This document shows positions 13,584 through 26,479 of a stretch of 64,000 nucleotides of DNA, piece by piece. The notes under the pieces are model-generated. The model saw only the letters and a list, made by a program, of their open reading frames with translations. It searched no databases and was not told the origin of the DNA. The position numbers were made by a program, and so were the translations under genes. Source of the stretch: Nageia nagi (Eukaryota > Plantae > Pinophyta); assembly GCA_050084985.1 (NCBI GenBank), contig JBITNC010000001.1:201872001-201936000 (forward strand), given 5' to 3'. Each line of letters starts with the position of its first letter. Position 1 is the first letter of the stretch.

Positions 13584-15065
13584 GGTCGCATGGTTTTGAA
13601 TAAGTGCCTAAAGCATGTATGAAAAATGATGTGACTAGGTTCAAGGGTGGATCTGAAATGCCTTAGCCAAAAGAGGCTTACTGGATGTACAACGTCCTTG
13701 TATCTCTCTTCTTGGTCGCATGATCTAAAGTGGGTGCTTGAGCATGTATAAAACATGATGCGACTAGGTTCAGGGGTGGATCTGAAATGAATGCAATGTA
13801 TTTTAATGTCCTTTCCTTGGTCACATGTTTTTGGATGGATGCTTAAGCATGCTTAGAAAATGATGCGACTAAGAAGAGGGATGCAAATGAGAGATGAAAT
13901 GCTCAAAAGGGGGTGATATTTATAGGTTTGCTCTTTGGCCAGGTGTTACTTTCTTACCAGCTCGCTAAAAGGTCCAATAGGAGGCTTACAAACAAGGCCG
14001 CATGGATGGTTGAGGATGCAAAAGGATCAGATAGGAATGGTGCGACTAGGAGGTGGGACCAAGGGACTTAGTCAATTTCCAACACATTAGAGTTCTTAAC
14101 TCCCTTGTTGCATCCTTTTAGATGGGTGCTCAAAGCACAAGCTTAAATCCTTGCGCCTAGTCTCTGGCACACTTCCCAAGGTATAAATCTTTAATCAAAA
14201 CTTGAAAGATGTGGAGGCTGTCCTTGGTCGCACGTCCAAGAAGGGGTGGTTTTCTCCTATCTCCCTATGCTCTGGCCCTCCTTCAATTTTGCAAACTGAA
14301 ATGAAGGGGGTGACTTCCCTTTTATAGCTTTCAAGGTAAGACACGTGTCACCATGAGATAGGCATAGGTTGAGGTCCAGTGCATGGGGTTCAACTTGTCA
14401 CTAACATCCAACACTTAGCCCTTTTCCTTTTATTTTTGTTGGTCGTATGATTTAGGACGAGTTCAAAATAACTCACCTCCATCCTTGCGACGAGCCTCGA
14501 AGCTCCGAAATTTAGCAAAGTGTCCTTCAAGATGGTCGCACCCTTTGGGAGGAGTGCAAAAGGACTCGCTCTAGTACATGCAACGGCCTTTGAGGTTCCA
14601 AAAATACACTAAGCATGAAATTCCTGGTCGTATGGTTTCTGAAGAGTGCAAAAGGACTCACTCCAATGCATGGGACATCCTTCAAAATGATGCTAAGTTT
14701 GAAACATTGGTCGCATGTTTCCTGAAGAGTGTAAAAGGACTCACTCCAATGCATGCAACAACCTTCAAAATGATGCTAAGGCTGAAAACTGGTCGCATGT
14801 TTCCTGAAGAGCATAAAAGGACTCACTCCAATGCATGCGACATCCTTCAAAATGATGCTAAGGCTGAAACACTGGTCGCATGTTTCCTGAAAAGCGTAAA
14901 AGGACTCACTCCAATGCATGCGACATCCTTCAAAATGATGTTAAGGCTGAAACATTGGTCACATGTTTCCTGAAGAGTGCAAAAGGACTCACTCCAATGC
15001 ATGTGACAACCTTCAAAATGATGCTAAGGCTGAAAAAAAGGACTCCCTCAAAAACATGCGACAGC
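13584..15065. repeat. Array of ~50-bp quasi-palindromes; tandem ~83-bp period from ~14625 to ~15040
   Basis: GGTCGCATG..GAGTG(C/T)AAAAGGACTC..CATGCGAC units start at ~14626, 14709, 14791, 14874 and 14957, with dispersed copies from 13584. Confidence 0.9.
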
Positions 15066-18000
15066 CTGAAAACATGTCTTTTTCCTGCATTTTTCGACAT
15101 GATGACAGACAAGATGCAAGTTGGGTGAAATGTAAAAGGGAAGGCCCTCATAAGCCTTCTAAAGTGCATGATGTAAATGACAAAGACAATGCTGCACGGA
15201 CGCATGATTGAAAGGAGGTGCAAAAGCACTCTGTGAAAAACATGAGACAGGAGAAAAGTACTTGAGAAATGACCCTACTGCTGTGAAAATGCAAACTTTA
15301 CATATTTCCAACATCATCCGAAAGGTATGCATCTTATTGGTGAGATTTCATGCAATCTTTTCTTCCTTTATGTTTCCTGAGGGTCCTTAAAATGCGAAAA
15401 ATTTTGGGGTGGTGTTGTGTAGGCACAACAGAGCCTACCGTGAAATCCCTTAGGGGAGGACCGGTCAACAAGGCACCACCAAATTAAAGGATGTTGGAAG
15501 GGCCTAGCAAGGCCAAGGTACCCCCCATGCCTAAACCGAATCAGTTGGATGCAGCTACCAGGAAGAAACTGAGACAAGAGGGCAAGTGCTTTTATTGCAA
15601 GAAAACTTGGGAGCCCGAACACCGTTGCTTGGGTGAGGGGCAAGTGCACTTCATTGAGGTGTATTCTGAGGAGAGTTCGGAGGAATCGGAGCTGGACTTG
15701 AACGAGGGATTGGATGACTCACGGCTGCTGCGTGCGAAGGGCACGTTAGGGAGCATGGTGGCTTCACTTCATGGGGTGAAGTTTTTGACATTGAAGCTGA
15801 TTGGGGAAGCTTGCGGTCAGGATGTTGTGGTGATGATAGATCCGGGATTTAAAGACCAAGGGTTTTGAAGGCTTCCGAGTTTCCAATGCTAATGGGAAGT
15901 TCACATTGGTGGATCGGATTGTAGAAAGGCTTGGAGTCAGATTGCAGGGCTGTGTGGTCAGGGAGGACTTCTACCTCTATCCACTCAAAGGGCATCCACA
16001 TATCATCCTTGGAGTGCAATGGCTGTTCGAGTTGGGTGACATTCACACCAACTACCAAAACCTTACTATAAGGTTTGAGATAGATGGGGTGGAACACAAA
16101 CTACAGGGATTGCGAGATGAGGACACCTAGAAGACGAATAACCGACTGGAGTTGATAGAGTTGGATGAGGGGGCAAAATAGGTAGCTACTCTGGGGGTTC
16201 AATGAGGTGAGGACCCCACGCTGAGCACAGACATGACTGGAATGGCCACGGTGGGCAACCTAGGAGGTTGGGACCCCACGTTGGATAAGGAGTTATCGAG
16301 AGCAGTCACATTGAGAGTCCAAGGAGGAGGGGACCCTATGTTGGACCTTGGGGAGGTCGGAATGTCAGTGCTTAGGGTCCAAGAGTTTTGGAACACCACG
16401 TTGAGGCTTGGGGAAGCCATCATTGCTGAGGACAGTTCAAACCCTAAGATGGGTCTAGGCCCCACACATTTTACACTGACAATCGTCATTCACAGCTCAT
16501 TGCAAATACAGTTCAGTGTGGAGGTGAGTGCAATTCTATGGCTGAAGAGACTTTTCCACGAACACATACTGAGGGAAGAATGCCATGGCCGATTCTGGAG
16601 AATGCAGGTCATTGAGGTATTCAGCGCTGAGGACTCAATACAGCCAGAGGGGCTAGGAGTCACGTTGGTTTTCAAAAGAGGTGTGGTGCAGCTGAAGGCA
16701 CCAAAAGATTCTTGGTAGACAATCCATAGTTGTCTCTTACCTTTGCTTGAGGGCAAGAAATTCGAGAGGGGAGACTTTGTGGCGTCCACTTTGTATTCTA
16801 GTATGTGTTCATGTTCATGTTGTGATAGTGTAACTCAAGCAAGAGCTTATGGTCTGCGAAACCCACTATGAGCCCAGCAATGGGACGTCTCTCCTTGAGC
16901 AGTGATGTTGTGTAATGTAATGGGTTATCCCGAATTGTGGGAATCCCAATGTGTTGTGTGTAGTTCAGGGGTGATCCCAGATTGTGGAAATCCTTAGGTA
17001 GATATTTGTCACGTTTGTTCCAAGTGCACAAAGGAGCATGCCAGCATTAGAAGGACCCCACATACCCCACGTTGGCTCAGAAGACCTTACAAACCCCCAC
17101 ATCGGCCCAGGAGGCCATTTGGAGCCTGACATTCTATGACTTAGGTGGGTCACCTAGTCCATCCGGTAGAATTCCAAGGATGAGCTTCTACCTTCAGTGG
17201 TTGCCAAGATTCGAGGAGACTCCTTCGCAGGAGGGGATTTAGATTACTGAGGAAGTTAGTCTAATCCTATTGTGTGTTCGGCTTGTTGAGTGTTTGGAAC
17301 CCTAGATTTGTTGGTCTACCTCCATTGTTTATTCATTATCTCTTATAATCAAAGACAGCTCATTGTGTCCCACATTGTTGTGTTGTTCCATTGTATGTTC
17401 CATGTGTTTGACATACTGGTGTTGGAAGCTTCATACTAGTATCATATTGTTGTGTATACCCATCGTTGGCAATCTTGTGTTGTGCATTATTGTTGTAAGG
17501 TATTCGTAGGGTTTGTAGGGTGTTGGAGAAGCCTTAGGGGTTGACATCAGCATTATGTGATACTTGTTTGGTGTTGTGTGTTGTTCGGGAAGCCAAAGAG
17601 GCCCACGTTGGACTGTTAAAGGGTTTGTGTGCCCTAGAGGGCAATCATTGGGTGTTTGAGGGTTGCAAAAACCCTAGCATATTCTGTTTTTGATTAAGGG
17701 TTATTTTGGATTTGTATACTTTCATATTGCAACGTTGTGGTGTATTTACTCTTTCCCGCATGTTATACCTAGATGTTAACATTGTGAGGTGTTGAATGTT
17801 GATATTTGCTAGTCTTGGCTAGATGTTGGCATTATTGCATTGTTGAAGCTTAATCTGGATTCCCTAGGTCAGACGTTGGAGAATACTTGTCTGTTTTGAG
17901 TTACTTGCACTTGATTTTGTAATTGGGTCTTTATAGTGGTATCAGAGCTTGGATCTGGCCAACCTGTGAAGGAAACTTGCTTTTCACAGCTACTACACCA

Positions 18001-20690
18001 GGTCAAGCATCAGAATGGAGATCGCATCCGTAAGAAAGAGAGGAAAATCTCAACATGAAGAGACCCCTTCTAGAGCCGCCCAAGAGGAAGACCATTGACC
18101 ATGGATGAATAAAGTCCCGAATGAGGATGATACCAATAAGGAGAATGAGGCGACAAGGGGGAGGACCACATTGGCTAGGAGGAGAAGTTCTACTCCAACT
18201 AGGGTGTCCACACCTGAGAGGAGGTTTAATGAGCTCATCTCAGCAATCCACAGCATGATAGGACCCATCACCACCATGCAAAAACAATTAAACATCGTCC
18301 ACAAGCAATTCGAAGGTCAAGATGTGTCGAAGAGGCACATGAGCCCCCCACTTCCTAACCCTGATGAAGAAGAGGAGCTTTGCGAGGAGGATAGGGTAGA
18401 GAGAGAGCCGATTCTGAAGAGATCCCGCAATTTGAGTGATAGAGGATCCACTCACCATAGATCCATGGGTCGTCCAAAACCCACCTTTTTGGGATCACAC
18501 TCTTACAGAGTTCCACAAGGAACTAACCTCTCCTAGGGAGGTTCCTAAAGGAAGATGTTAGGAAGATAGGTGCGCAGCTCATTATCCCCAAGCCATCAAA
18601 GACCTTATTTGCCAAGAAGTCCGTAGTAGAGGCAAAGAACTAGGTTCCTGACCCACTAGAGCTGAATCAGATTTTCAGCAAGTATTCCATGTTGGATCCA
18701 GGGTTGAGAGACGTGAATTTCAACGGCTACCTAGAAATCCTAGGGTTGAAGGGAAGCAGTTCATATGACATGCATACCCAAAGCAACTCGTGGCGAGATA
18801 AGAGGGACCTACAACAGAAGATTAATAAAATGCAAGTGCTGCTATATGATGGCAAGAGGATGACAGCTAGGGGTTGGCTACATCAGCTATAGACCTACTT
18901 CACTTTGAGCCCGAATATGGTAGAGGAGGATGCAATGCACTTTGCATCATTACACTTTGAGGGTGATTCCCTAGAATGGTGGTAGCATGGAGTAATCAGC
19001 CAGGCTTAAAAAAACATCACCTCCTTTAATGAGTTTGCCAAGCGATTGGTAAAGAGATTTGATAGGAAGAGGGAGAATGATTACTTCAGAGAGTTGACAT
19101 CTCTAAGACAACAAGGAGTCATGGATGAATATGTATCTGAGTTTCAGAAGATTGCAATCATGATTCACCACATCCCTAAGAAACGGTTGACATTCCTCTT
19201 CATAGAGGGATCAATGGAGCCACTACAAGGGATGGTGAAGGTATCTTCACCAAGGAGCCTTGACGATGCTATCAAGGCTGGTATATGACTTGAAGCCGAC
19301 CATGAAATCCCTCAAGGAAGGGCAAACGTACAAGGGGCCGACCACTCAGAAGACATTTGCTAAGGAGGGGCCTAGTAGGTTCGAACCATTTCCTCCACCT
19401 CGAACGAACTAGTTGAATGTAGCCACTCGGAGGAAGTTAAGGGAGGAAGGCCAGTGCTTCTACTATAAGAAGACTTGGTAGCAGGGCACTATTGCCAACG
19501 CAAGGGGCAAGTGCATTACATTGAGGTGTTTTCTGATGAGGAGATTGACGATTCAGATTTGGATCTTGGCATGGACATGTTGGCTCAGGAAGCACCCAAG
19601 GCGGAAGGCTCATTGGGGAGTATAATCGCTTCACTCCATGGGGTGAAGAGGTACCTCACATTGAAGGTGGTGGGGCAAGCAGGTGGTTAGGATGTAATGG
19701 TCTTGATTGATCCTGGAGCATCCCACAACTTCATTGATGAAGGATTTGTAGAGAAGAAGAACTTGAAGATTAAGGTATTCGAAGGGTTTAGTGCTTCCAA
19801 TGCCAATTGGAAACTCACCTTAAGGAAACACATAGTTGAGAAGTTTGGGGTGAGGCTACAAAGCTATACAGTGAGGGAGAACTTCTATGTTTATCCTTTG
19901 AAGGGACATCTTAACATCATTCTGGGAGTGCAGTGGTTGTTTGAGTTGGGTGACGTTCACACCAACTACCAAAAATTCACTGAGTTTCGAGTTTGAGGGG
20001 AAGACCCATACATTGTAGGGGATTCAAGATGATTGTCCACAGGTGGACAAAAAATGGCTAGAGGTGGCTGAGTGGTGTCAAAAGGAGGAAGAAGAAAATC
20101 AAGACACGTTGGATATGGAGGAGTCCTAGAACGAGGTTAGGAGCAATGAGGAGCTCCCATACCCCACATTGCATGTTAGGAAGTTGGGATACCTGACATG
20201 GAGATTGGAGGGTCTTCTACACACCACATTGGAGCTTGGGGAGGCTAGGTGCTGCACGTTGAGCTTGGAGGAAACAACGTAACTTGTTTCCTCCTGAAAG
20301 GTCTGGTTACCCCAAGCGCTCACATGGAATATGGTTGTTAGGGCACAGTAGTCAAAGATGCATGTTGTTAACCGTATACAAGGGAAATACAAAGTTGAAG
20401 TTCTTTTCCACAATGAGGAAAGACTACAAATGTGAATACAAGGAATACAAGGAAAGATGAACATATGAAGGTATCACCAGTGGTGTAGTGTCTTGGCAGG
20501 TCATCTTTAAATTCATTAAGGTTAGTGTACTCACTATCAAGCCGGGCAACAAATAGCAATATGCACTCAAATCACTACCAGACAAGGGGAAGAAGTTGTA
20601 GGGTCTTGGTGGAAGACTCGGTGGCAAGGAATAAATGAGGTGAGAGTGTGAGCACAAGAACCTAACCGAATGATATAAAGACAAGCTATA

Positions 20691-21864
20691 TGTGACATCC
20701 CATTTGGACCATTGACAAATTGTGTCATGGTCACTTTGTAATCTAGTGTTTGTTCATTGTCATGTTGTACATGTGTAACTCAAGCAGGAGCTTATGGTCT
20801 GTGGACCCCACTGTGAGTCCAGTAATGGGACGTCTCCCCTTGAGTAGTGTTGTGTTAGTTTGTATTGGGTAATCCCGGATTGTGGGAATCCCTAGATAGG
20901 TATGAGTCTTGCGTAGGCCAAAGTGCATGGAGGAGTATAGGAATGTGGGGAGGGCCCCACATACCCCACGCTGGCTTATGAGGCCACCTAGACCCCACGT
21001 CAGCCTTGAGAGGCCCGTCAAACCCCACATCAGCCTTGAGGGCCTTTATGACCCCCATGTTGACACACTGGGCCCATGGGACCCCCACGTTAGCATACTG
21101 GGCCAATATGACCCCCACGTTGGCATGGTTGACCTGTTGACCCCAACGTTGGAATAGACTTGGCTTGGGATGATAACGAGGTAGGATGGATAGACACATG
21201 ATGCTATATATTGAGGATGGAGCTCCATGATGGGGTTAGCTATTGATTATACTTCTATTACATTGAACCCAATTGGGCTTGCAAGTCTTGGCGATGTCTA
21301 AAGGGGTGACAAGGTTGGGAGCCTGGCACTCTACGACTTAGGTGGGTCATCTAGTCCATCTGATGGTATTCCGAGGGCAAGCTTTTACCTTCAATGGTTA
21401 TCCAGGGATCGAGGAGGCTCCTTCGCAGGAGAGGATTTGGAGTCTGAGGGAGTTGGTCTTTCCTATGGTTTTCGGCTTGTACAAGGGTTTGGAACCCTAG
21501 ATCTATATGTTGAGATCGTCATTGTACTCCATTGTTATTCCATGATATAATATAGCTTGTGTCTCTCTCCATTGTGTTATTCATTGATGTGTATGTGTTG
21601 TCTCTTGTATACTGGTGTTGGAAGCTACATTGTGTTGTGCTCATATCTGTGAGGCATTCGTTGAGGTGCCAAGTGTTACTATGTGCCCTAGAGGGCTGAC
21701 GTCAGGGTGTAGGGATTGCGTGGAGGCCTTAGGAGGCTAACGTTTGCATTGTGGGGTGTTAGGGTGCCCTAAGGGCCCAACATAGGTGTGCTAGCTTCAT
21801 TTGTTGAGGGTTTGAGTCGCATAGTTGGAGTTGTTTGTACTGAGAGTGATTTTAGATCGTCACA
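20691..21864 (+). mobile_element. Solo LTR (B1 family)
   Basis: TGTGACATCCC...CGTCACA; TSD CTATA/CTATG; homologous to 7645-8905. Confidence 0.9.
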
Positions 21865-22722
21865 CTATGAGCCTCATAATACATCCAGTTACATGCAAAC
21901 CATGCAAAGAACAACTCAAACCACTTCAATGAATATTCAATATGCAACTCCAAGAGGTTAAGTTATTCAAATATGCACAATCCCACAAATGATATCCTTC
22001 ACAATATTAACTTTATACTCTCATTCCACAAAAGAAATACATTCATAATGATATTCAATGATAAACATGCATAGAACCCCTTATGCAGCAAACCTCTATG
22101 CAATGGAATGTTAAAGCTTTAGGATGCAACAACTCAAAATCTTACACATGTAAAGGCTGAAAACCAGCATCTCAAAATGCAAGATCCTCAATATGTAATA
22201 CTTCTATTAAATGCAGAGTCTCACATCTACAAATATGCGTAAAATTCTCAACATCATGTAGTACTCCAAATGCAAAATCCCCTTCTAAATGGCCACAATG
22301 GAGTATAAATAGGCCACTAGAAGTGTTGCCCTAAAGGCATCAAATCTGATATGGTGTGCACACACACAACACACATACCGATACAAAATCAGATTGTTCT
22401 CATAAATTGATACAAGTGGAACTTAGAAGTCTGACAAAATCTAAATGCCACTACTAGAATCCATTTAATCTACCTCTAAACTACTCAAAAGCGAATCAGA
22501 TATGCAATAAAGGAGTCCAACATCTAAACTGGCGGGAGCAAAACCTCATCCCTACACCAGTCAAAATCATAAATGAGTTTGACAGATCTGACCTGGAGGG
22601 AGCAAAAACTAATCCCTTCACTAGTCAAATCAAGTAAATAAAGTCTAACATAACAACCACCATCAAATATGCATTAAACAAAAGAACAAATATCGCATAT
22701 GGAATCTGCGAGTGGATCAGAC

Positions 22723-25700
22723 CTAAGCTAAATCTGATCCAATACTGGCGGAGTTCCACTCCTTGGTGGTGAGACCGTATGACTCAATGATCTCCTCCAA
22801 GAATGCCACAATCTTCCGTATGCCCCTGGAAATCATGCAAATGATGCTACCATTCTGCCGAAAGTAGTCTTCTATCTTCTTGGATGTAGCCTACATATGG
22901 TGTCTCCAGATGACCATCTACCTTTCGTGGATGATAGGATGCCTTGCCTTCAACAAGCTGAGGTCATCGATGTCTAGATGCTCCTGTATCAGGATCCAAG
23001 CCTCTACCAATATTGCCTCCTCCTTCATTACATTGTTTTCCTCCCCTTGGAACTTGAGCTAGTAGGCATAGTCGCTCATCTGTTCCTCAACCTCCTTTCT
23101 CAAGGGGATTCTAAGCTACAAGACTGCGTTGCACTTCTCAAGTGCATGACTCAGCCAGTCATGGTGGTAAGTGAACTCGTGGCAGTAGACTAATTTTTCA
23201 AGATTGTTAGTGTAGACATGCTGCAGGTGGGATACGTTGGGGAGATAGCCATTCAACGTGCTAAGGTGCGCTAAGATTTGTGCCTTAAGGTCTCTAATTT
23301 CCAAACTTTCAGTAAGGAGCTTGTAGATTTGAGAAAACAACCTCTCGATAGGCTCCATAATTCCTTTCTTTAGTTGCTCCTTCATCAATTCCCATCCCTC
23401 ATGGAAGGAATTCTGCTTCATCAGATCTAAGGGGGTGGTACTGACCTTCTGGAACTCCTTGATGATCTTCCTGCTAGCCGTGAGTTCCTTTTTCAGCCGC
23501 TTCACCTCCTTTTTGGCTTTGTAGCCTTCTTGTTCCATGATTGCAGCATTTTGAGTGACTATATGTTTTCGGGCTATCAATCCTAACTTTACTGGCATCT
23601 TAAATGTCTCGATGTTACAATCTTCTGCTCCCTAAGGATGTTTCTTCTTTGAATAACAATGGCTGCTGGAGATTTCCTTTCGAGAGGTGGAAAAAAATGT
23701 ATCAACCCTCTGAATCTTTTCACCATCCAAAAGCTCCTCTTCCTCATCTTCAGAGTGCAAATCCTGGTCTATATCTTCATCATGAGCCATACTCATGCTT
23801 AGGGCTCTAAGGCAAGCATCCAAGTCAAGATCTAGATGCTTGGTTGCTGGTTGGGGAGGAAGCCTTTGTACCAATAATCGTCCTTTGTTGATCTTCTTGA
23901 CTTCTTGTACCGGAGTGGTTTGAACAATGGTGATCTCCTTACCTTGGTGCTCTTCCTATCTTCTCTTCTTTTTCTGTTCTTTGGTCTCTCCTTCATCCTC
24001 TCCATCTCCTCCATCACCATCTATAGATATGCCTTTGTTCTGTGGTTGGGGGAACCTTTCATGGCTCGTTCTCTTTGTAGAGGATTTTTATGAAGAAGGG
24101 GACCTTTTCCTATGCTCGGCAGGAGAGAGTTTGGAGTCACCCATCTCTCTGGCATACTTTACTCTAGTGACTTGCACCTCATCATCATCATAGGTCCCAA
24201 CATCCACAATCACATCATCTCCTTGGAGATTCTCGATCTTTGTCTCGTCAAGTGCAGAGGCACCTACGACTACGTCTTCTTGCTCAGGAAAAACAGTAGC
24301 ATCATCATCTTTATCATCTTCCTCTTCTTCTTCTCTTCCACCATAGCTCTCTGACTCTTCTCTGAAGTCTCCTATTGTACGGTTAGGCTGTTCATCAGTC
24401 TCTTCATCGAAAGAGGAAGTGGAGCGTTCAGAACTAGAACTAGAACTAGGTTGCAACGGGGGAATTTCTCTTTGCATCCAGGAGAGCAAGTGAATCTAGA
24501 AGGGACCGCTTCTGTGGGCGAATCACTGGCACAAGCCTCATCCACTACATCATCCAACACATATGAAGGGATAGTGCAATAGCCAACGTCCTTGAGATCA
24601 GCCATCACTATGCTGCTCTTGCTAGGGCTTGGAATGTGCTCCCTCAGAGCTTCTTACCTCTTTCCAACGAGAAGCAAGGGTACCTTAACTAGCAGAGGTG
24701 CAGCACGAATAGGAGGAGGGGATGACCTAATCTTGAGAGGAACCTCATTGGGTCTAGATATAGTAGTTCGGGGTTTCTGAGATGGTTTTTCTGCTTAGAG
24801 GGGAGCCTTTTTCTTTCTCAGGAGAGCATCTACCTTTGCAGTCTCCTCCTCATCTTACATGTTTTGGTATTTCTCCACACTCTCCAAAGATTTATGCTGA
24901 AAAGCGATAGGCTTGTGGAATGCAATGTTGTAAAAATGTGAAATTATGCCTCTAGGATAGTAGTTTCTCATTCTTGCCTCCTTGGAGAAAACATATTGCT
25001 CTAGCTCCTTCATACTGCCTGCTTCAACCCACGTCTAATATACATACCTTGCAATTGAGATAGGCAAGTTGATGGTCACGTTCTTCTTCTTCCAGACTTT
25101 CTCTTTCAAGAACAAAAGTTGCCTGGCAAATTCCATGAGGATAAGCCTATCACTAGCATATCTCGGTAGGAGTAAGGGTCGCTCTTTCGAGCCATAGACT
25201 CTAATAAATGTATGGTTAGCATCCTGCAGAAAGAAATTTGCATGTACACTGATGGCTTGGATGAATGCATCAAAAATTCTCTTCACCATGGACTTCCCTT
25301 TGATATCTTTATAGATATCATACTCCCGGTGATCATTCCTCTCACAGAAATGCTCGAACTTGTTCTGGTACCACCACTTTGGATAAGCCCACCACACGGG
25401 GGTGCCCTTTTGTCCTAAATATCTTTCATCAATAAGCTCCTTAGACCTGACCTTGCCATGCAACAACAAATATACAAGATAGGAATTCATGTAGAATTTC
25501 TTCAAGGAGCCAAAATAAGCTAACTAGTGGCATAGGGCATCACTGATCACCCCACTCCATCAGATAGCTCTCCTCGAACTAATGACTGCAATAAAACCTG
25601 TAACTCCTTCCTATACTTAGCATCATTTTTCTGACCAATGACCTTGGCCAAAAGAGTGATCAGTTTGGCCACGACAGGCAAGAACTCTTCCCTACGAGCA

Positions 25701-26238
25701 CTAATCAACCTCTGGCCCTGAAGATTCTAGTAATCTTCCAATAACCATGGCCAAATGTAGTCCCTATGTCGGACCGTGAAATCATGGAACTCTTCAAAAT
25801 ATGCCAATGTGTAATCGTCCCCATAACTTTTCCAGCCAAAGGCTGCTTCAATTCCAGCAAGGGAGAAGTCCATAATTACATTTCCCTCAATGTCTCGTAG
25901 GACTCTCTTGTCGTATTTACATCTCCTGGCTACCTCATAGCAAAAATCAAGAAAAGAAACTACAAAAGGCATCGTAATCGCATTGAACAATCCACAGGTG
26001 TGGATAAGCTCCTTTGACAAGTCTTCCTTACTAATGGAGGTAGTGGAGGCTAAAGTCTAGATGGGATCCAAGTTTTCCCAATCTGTATCACCAACAAAGA
26101 TATATCCCCCCTTAAATTTGGCTTCAAGGAGCTCTGGTCTTTCCCTCTTAAAACTCAATCAAGCTCTCTTTTGAAAGTTGGGCCCTACCCTTGAATTTTC
26201 CTGGCTCTTGATGGAGGTGGTTTGATATTGGAAGCCAT
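22723..26238 (-). pseudogene. LTR-borne ORF, copy 2 (~1,170 codons, disrupted)
   Basis: Runs from ATG 26238 to TAG 22723. Conserved N-terminal domain (FYMNSYLVYLLLHG; FIRVYGSKERPLLLPRYASDRLILMEFARQL), D/E- and K/R-rich linker, and a coiled-coil-like C-terminus ending SIGSDLA*. Confidence 0.8.
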
Positions 26239-26479
26239 GCAAGAATATCTGGAAATGCCCTCAAGAGAACTAAAGGACGAGTCTGGATGCTATGAAGCGT
26301 GCAGCAAGAAAGAACCAAACGTGCAAGTCAGGGCTGCAGGATGCCCAACACACTGAATGAAAGTTGCCTTCCTTTTATATGAGATGCATGGAGGGTGAAT
26401 GTATGGCAGAATGCATGCCTGCCACTTGTCTTCTCCTCTCAACTCCTGGCATCTCACACTTGACCAATTTCACCTTGTA

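Larger units (their letters stand above)
10526..15430 (-). mobile_element. Giant ORF-bearing LTR-like unit, copy 1 (solo-LTR-like, internally deleted)
   Basis: Inserted into B1 gag (AYDLEP|TVKS) with TSD GAGCC at 10521-10525 and 15431-15435. Right end is CACAACA; left end TATTTG is probably a mutated TG. No gag/pol. Confidence 0.8.
7645..17710 (+). mobile_element. Gypsy element B1, non-autonomous (gag + protease only): LTRs 7645-8905 and 16778-~17710
   Basis: The two LTRs are homologous. PBS TGGTATCAAGGC at 8908-8919. gag at 9645-10525 resumes at 15431. Protease (MIDPG..ILGVQWL) at 15770-16130. PPT GAGAGGGGAGAC precedes 16778. No RT/RNaseH/integrase between them. Confidence 0.88.
7010..20270 (+). 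mobile_element. Gypsy element B2: 5' LTR 7010-17935 (split by B1), PBS 17937-17948, gag, aspartic protease, no RT seen; 3' part lost by deletion
   Basis: Starts TGTGACGTCCC. The LTR resumes at ~17711 and ends before TGGTATCAGAGC. gag fragments at 18689-19288; protease VLIDPGASHNFI at 19697. Confidence 0.8.

Noticed and set aside
14527-15229. Repetitive ORFs (e.g. 14578-14973, 36899-37355, 58191-58861)
   Set aside because: They are chance open frames through the palindrome arrays on both strands.
15413-15430. Helitron interpretation of the terminal hairpin
   Set aside because: No CTRR end or Rep/helicase, and a TSD is present.
10520-15437. 8-bp direct repeat AGAGCCTA around copy 1, suggesting a hAT insertion
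   Set aside because: No TIRs or transposase. The CAACA end conserved in copies 2 and 3 fixes the boundary at 15430, favouring a 5-bp TSD. TG>TA decay also occurs at the 55351 LTR.
20743-21228. Recurring short ORFs such as GLYDPHVDILGPWDPHV (also 32714, 42245)
   Set aside because: They are translations of LTR U3 tandem repeats with inconsistent frames.
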